A stretch of 63,998 nucleotides of DNA, filler included, from Sandaracinaceae bacterium (GTDB taxonomy: Bacteria; Myxococcota_A; Polyangia; Polyangiales; JADJQN01): assembly GCA_947483975.1 (NCBI GenBank). It is 11 parts of 11 records of this genome, joined end to end, with 100 filler letters (N's around TTAATTAATTAA, not from the genome) between each part and the next. Parts side by side here need not be neighbours in the genome. Positions count along the whole stretch, not along the records: positions 24,526 to 30,506 come from CANKOL010000320.1; positions 30,607 to 36,583 come from CANKOL010000321.1; positions 36,684 to 42,628 come from CANKOL010000322.1; 8 more parts are not named here. The stretch is one strand, 5' to 3'. Shown here in pieces: positions 28,904-40,471 of the stretch; the first letter of the stretch is position 1; each line of letters starts with the position of its first letter. A program made the translations under genes and the position numbers. The notes beneath the pieces were generated by a model. The model was not told where the DNA came from, ran no database searches, and saw only the letters and a list, made by a program, of their open reading frames with translations.

Positions 28904-30435
28904 CAGGGGGTGTTGGTCGGGAAGCGCGGCGCGACGCCGACGCGCGCGGTCGTCGGCGGCAGGGAGGCGCGCTTCTCTCCGGCGGCGTCGTCGATGATGT
29001 CGAGGGCGCGGCGGGCGCGGGCGTCGCGGTCGAAGAGCGCCCGCTCGTCCACGACCTGCACCGTGTGCAGGCGCGAGAGGTACTCGAGGTGCAGCTCGCC
29101 CTCGCTCGGCAGCATGAACACGCCGTAGAGCTTGGCGAGGGTGCGCAGGCGCTCGATCGTCTCGAGCGGGACGTGGCACTCGGCGTGCGTCAGCAGGTAG
29201 AGGATCGGGCTGCGCTTCTCGCGCCGCGAGAGGCGCTGCAGGTCGTCGGCGAGGAGCGTGAAGACCTTGGCGTAGTTGCGCCCGCGCTCGCCCTTGAAGC
29301 AGAGGACGTACGGCACGCTGATGCCGCCCCCGCCGCCGCGCCCGGGGCGCGCGTGCTGCGCGTCGTAGAGGCGCGAGTCGAAGAAGCGCAGCCACACCTC
29401 CTCGCCGCGGAGCAGGAGCTTCTTCGTCAGGGTCAGCGCCAGCCCGCGCGCGAAGGTGGCGCGCTGCCCGCGCATCGACGCGCTCGCGTCCACGCAGAGG
29501 TAGTGAAGCTGCCGCTCCTGATCGTGCTGCTTCTCGCGCGCGTAATAGAAGACCTCGTTCTCGGCGAAGCGCCGGTCGAAGAGGTCCGGGTCGAACGCGA
29601 GCTCTGAGAGCACGAGCGAGTCGAGCGTGCCGCGCCGCTCGACGCCCGCGTAGCCGTCGACGCTGAAGGTCTGCTGCCCGCCCGCGCGCTTCGTCTCGAG
29701 GATGCTCGGCAAGAGATCGAGCGAGAAGTTCACGACGTCGTTCGCCTGCGGGCTCTCGAAGACCTGCAGGAGGTCGAGCATCGAGAGCGCGCTCATCGCG
29801 CCCGCCTCCGCGCCGAACATCCCGAGCAGGCGCAGCGTGTCGAGGTCGATCTGCTCGACCGCCGTGATGAGCCGCAGGCGCTCCTTGACGAGGTGCTCGA
29901 GGAAGTCGAACGACGGGTCGCGGGCGCTGCTGCCCGTCGGGCTCAGCAGCGTCGGCAGCTCCGGCTCGAGCTCGCGGTAGACCTCCGGGTCGAGCGGCAG
30001 GAGCGCCGCGGGCGCGCGCCTCCCAGGGCCGAGGTGCCGCTCCCAGATCGGGCCGAGCACGCGCAGCAACAGCACCGCGAGCAGGTCGTCGCCGAGCCTC
30101 CACTGACGCGCGCGCTCGAAGACCTCGCTCGCCGCGACCTCGCGCAGCGTCTCCGCCCAGAGCTCCAGCAGCGGCGCCGCCTGCCCGAGCGGCCCGCTCG
30201 CCCGCGCGACGAAGGGGCGCAGGCCGATCGGCGCCGAGCGCGGGTCGGCGATCGCGAGCATCCCGAGGTCGTGCACCGCGAAGAACGGCACGCCGAGCCC
30301 GACCTTGGCGAGCGAGTTGCGCCACTGCGCGGCGCGCAAGATCGCCATCGGGTTCTCCATGCGCACGCAGGAGAGCGCGAGCGTGGCGATCTCTCGCCCC
30401 GCGGGCGTCTTGGCGAGCTCACGTCCGAGCGGCAT
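28903..30435 (-). CDS. VWA domain protein (ViaA/CoxE-like)
   Basis: LCVDASASM MIDAS motif; RRGTLDSLVLSELA. Confidence 0.8.
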   Translation of the reverse strand: MPLGRELAKTPAGREIATLALSCVRMENPMAILRAAQWRNSLAKVGLGVPFFAVHDLGMLAIADPRSAPIGLRPFVARASGPLGQAAPLLELWAETLREVAASEVFERARQWRLGDDLLAVLLLRVLGPIWERHLGPGRRAPAALLPLDPEVYRELEPELPTLLSPTGSSARDPSFDFLEHLVKERLRLITAVEQIDLDTLRLLGMFGAEAGAMSALSMLDLLQVFESPQANDVVNFSLDLLPSILETKRAGGQQTFSVDGYAGVERRGTLDSLVLSELAFDPDLFDRRFAENEVFYYAREKQHDQERQLHYLCVDASASMRGQRATFARGLALTLTKKLLLRGEEVWLRFFDSRLYDAQHARPGRGGGGGISVPYVLCFKGERGRNYAKVFTLLADDLQRLSRREKRSPILYLLTHAECHVPLETIERLRTLAKLYGVFMLPSEGELHLEYLSRLHTVQVVDERALFDRDARARRALDIIDDAAGEKRASLPPTTARVGVAPRFPTNTP

Positions 30436-30438
30436 GGC

Positions 30439-30506
30439 TCAGCGCGGCGGCAGGCGGCGCTTGCCGCGGCGCGGGCTGCGGAGCACGACGAGCGCGAGCG
30501 CGCCGA
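30439..30506 (-). CDS. C-terminal fragment (hydrophobic stretch + Arg-rich tail)
   Basis: GALALVVLRSPRRGKRRLPPR* ending 3 nt before the VWA start. Confidence 0.4.
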
Positions 30507-30607
30507 NNNNNNNNNNNNNNNNNNNNNNNNNNNNNNNNNNNNNNNNNNNNTTAATTAATTAANNNNNNNNNNNNNNNNNNNNNNNNNNNNNNNNNNNNNN
30601 NNNNNNC

Positions 30608-31954
30608 GCGGCCCTCGACGCCGACGCCGGCCCCTCCGCTGCGCCCTCCGCCACCGTCGGGCCCGCCCCCGCCTCGGCTCCCCCGCCTGCTCCCGAACCC
30701 GGCACGACCGCCGCCGCCTCGAGCGTCGTCAAGACCATCCTCGGCCTGCTCGTGCTGCTCGCGCTCGCGTATCTCGGCGGGCACCCGCGCGTGCGGCGCC
30801 TCGAGCGCACGCTCGGCATCTCCCAGGTCGTCACCGCGGGCTTCCCGTTCGTCGCGCTCGGCCTGATCGCGCGCCTGCCCTCGGTCGGCGTGCTCGATGA
30901 CCGCGTGCTCGCCGAGGTGACGCCGCTCCTGCAGCTCGGCCTCGGCTGGGTCGGCTTTCTCACGGGCTATCAGTTCGAGGTGCGCAGCCTCGACGAGTTC
31001 CCGCGGGGCACGGCGGCGTTCGTCAGCGCGATGACCTCGGTGCCCTTCGTCGTCGTCGTCGTCACCTGCGGCGGCTTGCTGCTCGCGTTCGGCCAGCCCT
31101 GGCAGGACGCGGTCTTTCTGCGCGACGCGATCGTCCTCGGGACCGCGGCGACCATCACCGCGCCCATCGCGAGCGCGCTCGCGCGGGAGCGCGGCGTCGC
31201 GCCCGGCACGCAAGCGGTCCTGACGCGCCTCGGGCTCCTCGACGACATCGCGGGCGTCGTCGGGCTCCTGTTCCTCGGCGCGTACTTCCGCCCCGCGACG
31301 CCGGACATCGCGTGGGCGCTGCCCGGCACCGCGTGGCTCTTCGTCACGCTCGGCCTCGGCGCGTCGGTGGGCATCGTCATCTACTTGGTGCTCCGACGAC
31401 CCGCGACGAACGTCGAGCAGATCGCGCTCGTCGTCGGCTCCATCGCGTTCAGCGCCGGGCTCGCGGGCTTTCTGCGCCTGTCGCCCGTCGTCGTCTGCTT
31501 CCTCGCGGGGCTCCTGATCGGGAACCTGCCGGGCGACTACCGCCCCAACGTCAAGAAGGTCCTGCGCCTCCTCGAGCGCCCCGTGTACCTCGTGTTCCTC
31601 GTCTTCGCTGGCGCGCTCTGGAACGTCGGCGACTGGCGCGGCTGGGCGCTCGTGCCGGTGTTCGTCGTCGCGCGCCTCGGGGGGCGCGCGCTCGGGCTGC
31701 GCGCCGCAGAGCGCACCGAGGGCGCGAGCGAGCTTGCGCACGGTCGCTCCGGCGTCGTCGCCGCGCCGATGGGCGCGCTCTCGATCGCCATCGTCATCTC
31801 GTTCCAAGAGCTCTTCGCGGGGCGCGCCGTGCCGTGGATCGTGACGGCCGTCATCGGCGGCGCCATCGTCACCGAGGTCGTCGTGCAGGTCGCGCTCTTC
31901 GGCCGTCGCCGGGGCGAGCCGCCCGCGGACACGCTGAGCGACGAGGTGCCCTGA
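30608..31954 (+). CDS. Cation:proton antiporter-like membrane protein (5' truncated)
   Basis: ~12 TM; LGLGWVGFLTG, LLDD. Confidence 0.75.
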   Translation, partial: AALDADAGPSAAPSATVGPAPASAPPPAPEPGTTAAASSVVKTILGLLVLLALAYLGGHPRVRRLERTLGISQVVTAGFPFVALGLIARLPSVGVLDDRVLAEVTPLLQLGLGWVGFLTGYQFEVRSLDEFPRGTAAFVSAMTSVPFVVVVVTCGGLLLAFGQPWQDAVFLRDAIVLGTAATITAPIASALARERGVAPGTQAVLTRLGLLDDIAGVVGLLFLGAYFRPATPDIAWALPGTAWLFVTLGLGASVGIVIYLVLRRPATNVEQIALVVGSIAFSAGLAGFLRLSPVVVCFLAGLLIGNLPGDYRPNVKKVLRLLERPVYLVFLVFAGALWNVGDWRGWALVPVFVVARLGGRALGLRAAERTEGASELAHGRSGVVAAPMGALSIAIVISFQELFAGRAVPWIVTAVIGGAIVTEVVVQVALFGRRRGEPPADTLSDEVP

Positions 31955-33303
31955 TGGTGCTTCGACTCGTGATCCTCGCCGCGCTCTGCGGCCTTATGCA
32001 GGCGGCGCGCTCGTTCGCGCCCATCGATCACGGCGCGGCGCAGGTCGGCGCCGGCACGCTCGCCTTCGGCTTCGTCCTGCTCGCGTCGTTCTTCATGGGG
32101 CGGGTGTTCAAGTCGCTCCGCCTCCCGCGCCTCACCGGCTACATCGCGACAGGGCTGATCGTCGGGCCGAGCGTGCTCGGCTTGCTGACGCCCACGATGG
32201 TCACCGACCTCAAGCTCTTCAACGGCGTCGCCATCGCGTTGATCGCGCTCACCGCCGGCGGCGAGCTCGACTTCCGCGCGATTCGGCCGCTCCTGCGCAC
32301 CATCGCGTGGATCACGCTCGTGGCCGTGATGGGCACGACGCTGCTGCTGACCGGCGTCGTCTTTCTGTTGCGCGGGCAGCTGCCGTTCATGGCCGAGCTG
32401 CCCCTCGTGCCCGCGCTCGCCGTCGCGTTCGTGCTCGGCGTGACGGTGGTCGCGCAGTCTCCCGCGGTCGTCGTCGCGCTCCGCGACGAGATGGACTCGG
32501 AGGGGCCCGTGTCGCGCACCGCGCTCGGCGTCGTCGTGCTCGCCGACCTCGTCGTCATCGTGTTCTTCGCGCTGGCGTCCGCGTCCGCGAAGTCCGTGCT
32601 AGGCGGCGACGCCGACGTGCTGCGAACGATCCGGCAGCTCGGCTGGGAGCTCTTCGGCTCGCTCGGCATCGGCGTGGTCGTCGGCGTGCTCCTCGCGATC
32701 TACCTGCGCAAGGTGCAGGGCAGCGCGGCGCTCTTCATCTTGGTCGTGTGCTTCGGCGTCGCGGAGATCGGCTCGCGCGTGCACCTCGATCCGCTGCTCG
32801 TCGCCCTCGCGGCGGGCGTGCTCGTGCGCAACGTGACGGAGCTCGGGGACCGCCTCGTGCGCGAGATCGAGGGCGCGGCGCTCCCCGTCTACGTCGTCTT
32901 CTTCGCCGTCGCCGGCGCGACGATTCACCTCGAGCTGCTCCCGCTCGTCTGGATACCCGCGCTCGCGATCATCGGCACGCGCGCCTTTGGGCTGCTCGCG
33001 GGGACCCGGCTCGCCGCGCGTCTCGCCGGCGCGCCGCCCGAGGTCGGCCGCTACGCGGGCTTCGGCTTGCTGCCGCAGGCGGGGCTCGCGCTCGCGCTGG
33101 CGCTGCTCTTCGCGAGGACGTTCCCGTCGTTCGGGGAGGGCGCCTCCGCGCTGACGCTCGCGGTCGTCGCGCTCAACGAGATCATCGCGCCGGTGTTCTT
33201 CCGCGTAGCGCTCGTGCGCTCGGGCGAGGCGGGGCAGCGCCGCGCTCGCGAGGTCTCGCTCGGCGAGGCAGAGGTCGCGCAGAACGGCGCCGCAGGCCCG
33301 TAG
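31954..33303 (+). CDS. Cation:proton antiporter (CPA2-like)
   Basis: TGATG overlap; LPRLTGY, GPSVLG, FFAVAGA, LLPQAGLA. Confidence 0.85.
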   Translation: MVLRLVILAALCGLMQAARSFAPIDHGAAQVGAGTLAFGFVLLASFFMGRVFKSLRLPRLTGYIATGLIVGPSVLGLLTPTMVTDLKLFNGVAIALIALTAGGELDFRAIRPLLRTIAWITLVAVMGTTLLLTGVVFLLRGQLPFMAELPLVPALAVAFVLGVTVVAQSPAVVVALRDEMDSEGPVSRTALGVVVLADLVVIVFFALASASAKSVLGGDADVLRTIRQLGWELFGSLGIGVVVGVLLAIYLRKVQGSAALFILVVCFGVAEIGSRVHLDPLLVALAAGVLVRNVTELGDRLVREIEGAALPVYVVFFAVAGATIHLELLPLVWIPALAIIGTRAFGLLAGTRLAARLAGAPPEVGRYAGFGLLPQAGLALALALLFARTFPSFGEGASALTLAVVALNEIIAPVFFRVALVRSGEAGQRRAREVSLGEAEVAQNGAAGP

Positions 33304-33353
33304 TTACCGGCACGAAATCCAGGCGAAACGCCGCTCGCCCGCATTCGTGTTAG

Positions 33354-33740
<387 letters not shown>

Positions 33741-33874
33741 GCGCCCTCCGCGCCAGCTTCTTACCCCGCCGAAACCGGCCCGAAACCTTCCGCGCGTAGT
33801 GATCGCCTGCTTCTCCGGGCAGCGCTACGCACCGTTCCACCTCCGTTCCCACCCCCGTTTTCCATGGAGTCCGC

Positions 33875-35293
<1,419 letters not shown>

Positions 35294-35499
35294 GCGAGAA
35301 AAGAGCGGGGCGGTGCCGTCGCGTCTCGTTTGACGCCGCGACGCCGCCTCAGGTAGCATCTGCGGGCTCGATCGCGCGTCTCCCGGAGGCCGTGACCGGG
35401 CCCGCGCTCGTCGGGCGTGGGTCGCGTATCCCGTAATCATCCCGGCTCCGCGCTCGAACCGTCGCGCGCAGTCGGCCGCGCCCAGAGACACCCGCGACC

Positions 35500-36369
35500 A
35501 TGCTCCCGAGCAAAGCCCGTGTCGCAGCCGCAGTCCTTCGGGTCCTGCCGCGGAACCGCCTCAGCCGTCAGCTCGGTCGTCTCGCCGATCTGCCGGTTCC
35601 GGCGGCCGCGCTCGATCGCTGCGTGAACGCCTATCTGAAGGCGTACGACATCGACCTCCGCGACTACGAGCAGCCGGACGGCGGCTATCCATCCTTCGAC
35701 GCGTTCTTCACGCGGCAGCTCCTCGCGGGCAAGCGACCGCTCGATGCAGACGAGGACGCGCTCCTCTCGCCGTCCGACGGCAGGCTCGAGGACTTCGGCA
35801 CCATCGAGCGCGGCGCGAAGCTGTTCGTGAAGGGCAAGCGCTACGACGTCGGCGAGCTGCTCGGCGACCGCCAAGCGGCAGAGCGCTTCGACGGCGGGCT
35901 CTTCGCGGTCGTCTACCTGTCGCCGCGCGACTATCACCGCGTGCACGCGCCCGTGACCGGCCGCGTGAGCTCGGCGCGCTACGTCGCGGGGACGCTGTAT
36001 CCCGTGAATTCCATCGGTCTCCAGCACGTCCCGAATCTCTTCGCCGTCAACGAGCGCGTCGCGGTCCATCAGCAGACGGAGCGCTTCGGAGAGGTTGTCT
36101 CGGTGATGGTCGGCGCGATCGTCGTCGGGCGCATCGGCATCACGTTCGACGAGAGCCTCGTCACGAACGTCGGTCGGCCGGCGGTCGTCCGTGAGTACGG
36201 CGCGACCGGCCCGCAGCTCGCGCGCGGCCAGGAGCTCGGGGTGTTTCACATTGGCTCGACCGTCGTGCTCTTCACCACGGGCGCGGCCGGGCTGCGCTTC
36301 GTGCGTGGGGCGGGGGACGTCGTGCGTATGGGCGAGGCGCTCGCGCGGCGTCCGGGAGGGCACGCGTGA
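35500..36369 (+). CDS. psd: Phosphatidylserine decarboxylase
   Basis: FFTR, YLSPRDYHR, NER, FHIGST cleavage motif. Confidence 0.92.
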   Translation: MLPSKARVAAAVLRVLPRNRLSRQLGRLADLPVPAAALDRCVNAYLKAYDIDLRDYEQPDGGYPSFDAFFTRQLLAGKRPLDADEDALLSPSDGRLEDFGTIERGAKLFVKGKRYDVGELLGDRQAAERFDGGLFAVVYLSPRDYHRVHAPVTGRVSSARYVAGTLYPVNSIGLQHVPNLFAVNERVAVHQQTERFGEVVSVMVGAIVVGRIGITFDESLVTNVGRPAVVREYGATGPQLARGQELGVFHIGSTVVLFTTGAAGLRFVRGAGDVVRMGEALARRPGGHA

Positions 36370-36583
36370 GCGACGAAGATCCGGATCGCCGACAGCGTCG
36401 GAAGACGGTCCAAGCGCGGCGCCTGCGGGTGCCTGTCGATGAAGTCCCTCGTCAGCGCGCGATCTCGTCCGAGGCGACCCTCGACGACGCGGACCTCGTG
36501 GAGATCGCCGTCGAAGCGCCGCCGCCGCCGACTCCGCGTGCGCCGCCAGCGCCGCCAGCGCCGCTCGCAGTGGAGGCCGCTGC
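36366..36583 (+). CDS. Hypothetical protein N-terminus, truncated
   Basis: GTGA overlap with psd; Pro-rich. Confidence 0.55.
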
Positions 36584-36683
36584 NNNNNNNNNNNNNNNNN
36601 NNNNNNNNNNNNNNNNNNNNNNNNNNNTTAATTAATTAANNNNNNNNNNNNNNNNNNNNNNNNNNNNNNNNNNNNNNNNNNNN

Positions 36684-38180
36684 CGCGAGGCGCGCGAGCG
36701 CGTCGGCGTCGAGCGGCAGTCGCCCCGCGTCCGCGTGACCGTTCCACGCGAGCTCCGCGACGCCCATGCCGAACGCCGAGAGCACGCCCGCGAGCGGATG
36801 CGCGACGACGCGCCGCATCCCGAGCAAGCGCGCGACCTCGCAGGCGTGCTGCCCGCCCGCGCCGCCGAACACGACGAGCGCGTGCTCTCGCGCGTCGTGC
36901 CCGCGCGCGATCGACACGCGGCGGATCGCCTCCGCCATGCTCTCGTTCGCGATGCGGAAGAACCCCGCGGCGAGCGCTTCCGGCGTCGTGTCGGCCTCTG
37001 CGGCGAGGGACGCGAGCTTCGCCTCGGCGCGTCCGCGCGCGAGCGGAAACGGAAAGCGGTCCCCGGCGAGCCTGCCGAGCGCGAGGTCGACGTCCGTGAT
37101 CGTCAGCTGCGCGGCGCCGGGATTCCCATAGCAAATCGGCCCTGGACGCGCGCCCGCGCTCTCGGGCCCGACGCGCAGCCGCCCCGACTCCACGCGGCAG
37201 ATCGAGCCTCCGCCCGCCGCCACGGTGTGGATCGCCATCACCGGAGCGCGGAGCGGCACGCCCGCGATCTCCGCCTCGTAGACGCGCTCCGGCGCACCCT
37301 CGTACCGCGACACATCCGTCGAGGTCCCGCCCATGTCGAAGCCGATCGCGCGCGCTGCGCCGACCGCGCGCGCGACGTGCCCGAGCGCGACGACGCCCGC
37401 CGCCGGCCCCGAGAGCACCGCGTCCCGCCCGCGAAACCGCGCGACGTCGGCGAGGCCTCCGCCCGACTGCATCAGCCGCAGCGTGCTCCCCGGCAGCGCC
37501 GCCGAGAGCCCCTCGAGGTACGCGCGCAGGCGCGGCGTGAGGTACGCGTCGGCCACGGTCGTCTGCCCGCGGGCCACCAACCCGATCGCGCGGTCGACCT
37601 CGTGCGAGCAGCCGACGTGCGCGAAGCCGACCGACCGCGCGACCTCCGCGACCTCCCGCTCGATCGACGCGCCCGGCTCTTGGTACGCGTGCAGCACGAG
37701 CACCGCGAGGCTCTCGACCCCGCCCGCGCGCAGCGCTTCGAGCCCAGTGACGAGCGCCGCGCGGTCCGGACGCACGCCCGCGCTCCCGTCGAGGGCGCCG
37801 CGCGCGTCGATCTCGAGCACCGCCTCGGGGAGCGGCGCGGGGCGCACGATGTCGAGCGCGAACAGGTCCGGGCGCGTCTGATCGCCGATCCGCAGCACAT
37901 CCCCGAAGCCGCGCGTGACGACGAGCCCGACCCGCGCGCCGCTCCGCTCGAGCAGCGCGTTCGTCGCGAGCGTCGTCCCCATCCGCACATCGCAAGGCGG
38001 GATCGGCGCGCCCGGCGCGAGCCCCATCAGCTGCCGGATGGCGATGAGCGGCGCCTCGTCCGACGACGGCACCTTCGCGACGCGAAGGTCAGCGCGCGCG
38101 CCGGCTTGCGAGCCCCGCGGCGCCCAGCCGAGGCAGTCCGTGAACGTGCCGCCGCGATCGATCCAGAACTGCCAGCGCAC
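36684..38180 (-). CDS. Hydantoinase/5-oxoprolinase, 3' truncated
   Basis: [47 protein letters not shown]. Confidence 0.93.
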
Positions 38181-38192
38181 GACGGGCCAGGC

Positions 38193-38873
38193 TCAGTACG
38201 CGGGGAGCGGCTCTCCGCGCACGCTGTGGAGCACGTTCGCGTACTGATCGGCGTTCCACGAGACCATGTCCGGCACGCCAGTGCGCGTCGCGTCGAGCCG
38301 CTGAACCCAGCTGATCTGCGTGACGTCGGGGGCGAGCTGCAGCAGCTCGATCGTGCCCGCCATGCGCCGCACGAAGCTCGAGCCCCACGTCTTTTGGTAC
38401 GCGACGATCACGCGCGTCGGGTCGGCGACCGAGCCCTCGACGGCGCTCTCCCGCCACGTCATGTCGAACGTGACGGTGACGACGTCCTCGATCACGTAGC
38501 GGCAGCGGAAGCTGACGTCGTACTCGGGCTCGACGTCGTGCGTCGTCGTGAACGACGTGAGGTTGCGGCGATCGACGACGACGTTCGGGTCCTGAAACGC
38601 CGTCCAGACGAGCGCGATCGGCGCCTTCACGTAGGCGTAGGCGTGCAGAAACGAGCCACCCGCGTCCGTGCCGGTGCGGATCGACAGCACCTCGGGGAAC
38701 TCGTCCGTCGGCGTCGGCACCGGCAGCGGGGCGGTGTTCGCCTCGATCGGCGTCAGGCCCGCGGGGAACTGCGTCGCGACGGTGTCCTGACAGCCGCAGA
38801 GGGTCGCCAAGCCGACGACGGCGAGGCCGAGGGCGGCGAAGCACGCCGTCCGACTCGACCTCCGCGGGGCCAT
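38193..38873 (-). CDS. Lipoprotein, possible SRPBCC/START fold
   Basis: LCGC lipobox; alternative start at 38891. Confidence 0.7.
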   Translation of the reverse strand: MAPRRSSRTACFAALGLAVVGLATLCGCQDTVATQFPAGLTPIEANTAPLPVPTPTDEFPEVLSIRTGTDAGGSFLHAYAYVKAPIALVWTAFQDPNVVVDRRNLTSFTTTHDVEPEYDVSFRCRYVIEDVVTVTFDMTWRESAVEGSVADPTRVIVAYQKTWGSSFVRRMAGTIELLQLAPDVTQISWVQRLDATRTGVPDMVSWNADQYANVLHSVRGEPLPAY

Positions 38874-38989
38874 GGGAACTACGAAACCCATCGTGGGCCC
38901 AGTATACACTGAGCGACGCGCGCCCGACGACTTCGCTGTGCGCCTACGCGTGCTCGCGGCAGCGACGCAGCGCGGCAAGACGCCGCGGC

Positions 38990-39514
38990 TCAAGCGACGT
39001 AGGCGCGCGCCCGACGGCGCTCGCGCTCGACCACTGGCTCCATCGCGCGCTGCGCGTCGCTCTCCTCGACGAGCGTCACATCGTCGTGCTCCGGGTGCTC
39101 GGCGGCGACCTCGAGGAAGACCTCCATCGCACGCACCGGCCCGATCAGCCCGAGCACGCGCCCCGGCAGCACGAGCACGCTCGCGCGCACCCGCGCCTGC
39201 GTCAGCGTCGTCAGCATCTTCGAGGTCGCGTCGCGGAGCACCCGCTCGTCGAAGCGCGAGCGCGGCCCGAGCCCGAACAAGAACAGCTTCTCGAACGAGA
39301 GCCGCGGGCGCGCGGGCACCAACACGCTCTCGCCCGCTCGCCCGCTGATGCGCCCTCGCAGGATCAAGCGCGACACGAACCCAGAGAGCCGCCAGTCGAC
39401 GAGCCCGAGCGCCCCGGACAGCGGCCGCTCGTCCTCGAAGAACGGGATCGAGAGCGCCTCGCTGCGGAGCGCGTCGAGGCGGCGCAGATCCGCCGGCACG
39501 AAGTGCACGTCCAC
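38990..39514 (-). CDS. Stand-alone M17 leucyl aminopeptidase N-terminal-domain protein
   Basis: DERPLSGALGLVDWRL, GLG motif; no catalytic domain. Confidence 0.75.
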   Translation of the reverse strand: MDVHFVPADLRRLDALRSEALSIPFFEDERPLSGALGLVDWRLSGFVSRLILRGRISGRAGESVLVPARPRLSFEKLFLFGLGPRSRFDERVLRDATSKMLTTLTQARVRASVLVLPGRVLGLIGPVRAMEVFLEVAAEHPEHDDVTLVEESDAQRAMEPVVERERRRARAYVA

Positions 39515-39517
39515 GCG

Positions 39518-39928
39518 CTAGGCCTTGCCTGCCTCGGTCGCGATGCGGTCGAGCACGCCGTTGACGAAGCCCGCGCTCGACTCGTTGCCGAAGCGCTTCG
39601 CGAGCTCCACCGCCTCGTTGATCGTCACGCGCCGCGGCACGTCCGCCATCGAGAGCAGCTCGTAGGTGCCGAGGCGCAGGATGTTGCGGTCGACGCGCGC
39701 CATGCGCTCGAGGCGCCAGTGCTGGCTGACCTTGCGGATCGTGTCGTCGATGCGCTCGGCCTCTCGACCGAAGCCGAGCACGAGCCCATTGGCGAACTCC
39801 TCCCCGTCGCGCGTCGCGCCGAGGTGCTCCCAATAGAGCGAGACGGCGCGCTCCGCGGTCACGCCCGAGAGGTCCATCTGGTAGAGCATCTGGAGCGCGG
39901 CTTCGCGCCCCTTGCGTCGGGTTCCCAT
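39518..39928 (-). CDS. nusB: Transcription antitermination factor NusB
   Basis: RRKGREAALQMLY, DRNILR, INEAVELAK, FVNGVLD. Confidence 0.96.
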   Translation of the reverse strand: MGTRRKGREAALQMLYQMDLSGVTAERAVSLYWEHLGATRDGEEFANGLVLGFGREAERIDDTIRKVSQHWRLERMARVDRNILRLGTYELLSMADVPRRVTINEAVELAKRFGNESSAGFVNGVLDRIATEAGKA

Positions 39929-39937
39929 GCGCGCGGC

Positions 39938-40417
39938 TCAGAAGCCGTCGGCCGAGAACGACGCGCCGAGGCTCGCCATCTCGATCGCCGCGAGCGCCGC
40001 TTCCCAGCCCTTGTTGCCGGCCTTCGTGCCCGCGCGCTCGATCGCCTGCTCGATGGTGTCGGTCGTCAGGACGCCGAAGATCACCGGCACTCCCGTCGCG
40101 AGCATCACCTGCGCGCAGCCCTTCGTGACCTCGCCGGCGACCGCCTCGAAGTGCGGCGTCGAGCCGCGGATCACTGCGCCGAGCGCGATGACCGCGGCGT
40201 ACTTCCCGCTCTTGGCGAGGCGCTGCACCGCGAGGGGAAGCTCGTACGCGCCCGGCGTGCGCGCGATGACGATGCGCTCCTCGCCGACGCCATGGCGGCG
40301 AAGCCCGTCGAGCGCGCCCTCGACCAGGCGGTCGGTGATGAAGTGGTTGAAGCGCCCGACCACGAGCGCGAAGTGCGCGTGCTCCGGCGCGGCGAAGGTG
40401 CCCTCGTACGTACGCAT
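39938..40417 (-). CDS. ribH: 6,7-dimethyl-8-ribityllumazine synthase
   Basis: [31 protein letters not shown]. Confidence 0.96.
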   Translation of the reverse strand: MRTYEGTFAAPEHAHFALVVGRFNHFITDRLVEGALDGLRRHGVGEERIVIARTPGAYELPLAVQRLAKSGKYAAVIALGAVIRGSTPHFEAVAGEVTKGCAQVMLATGVPVIFGVLTTDTIEQAIERAGTKAGNKGWEAALAAIEMASLGASFSADGF

Positions 40418-40471
40418 AGCTGCTCTCTCCTCTGTCGGGTTTCGGTCGATGGCTCGCGCCGGGCGCGAGGT

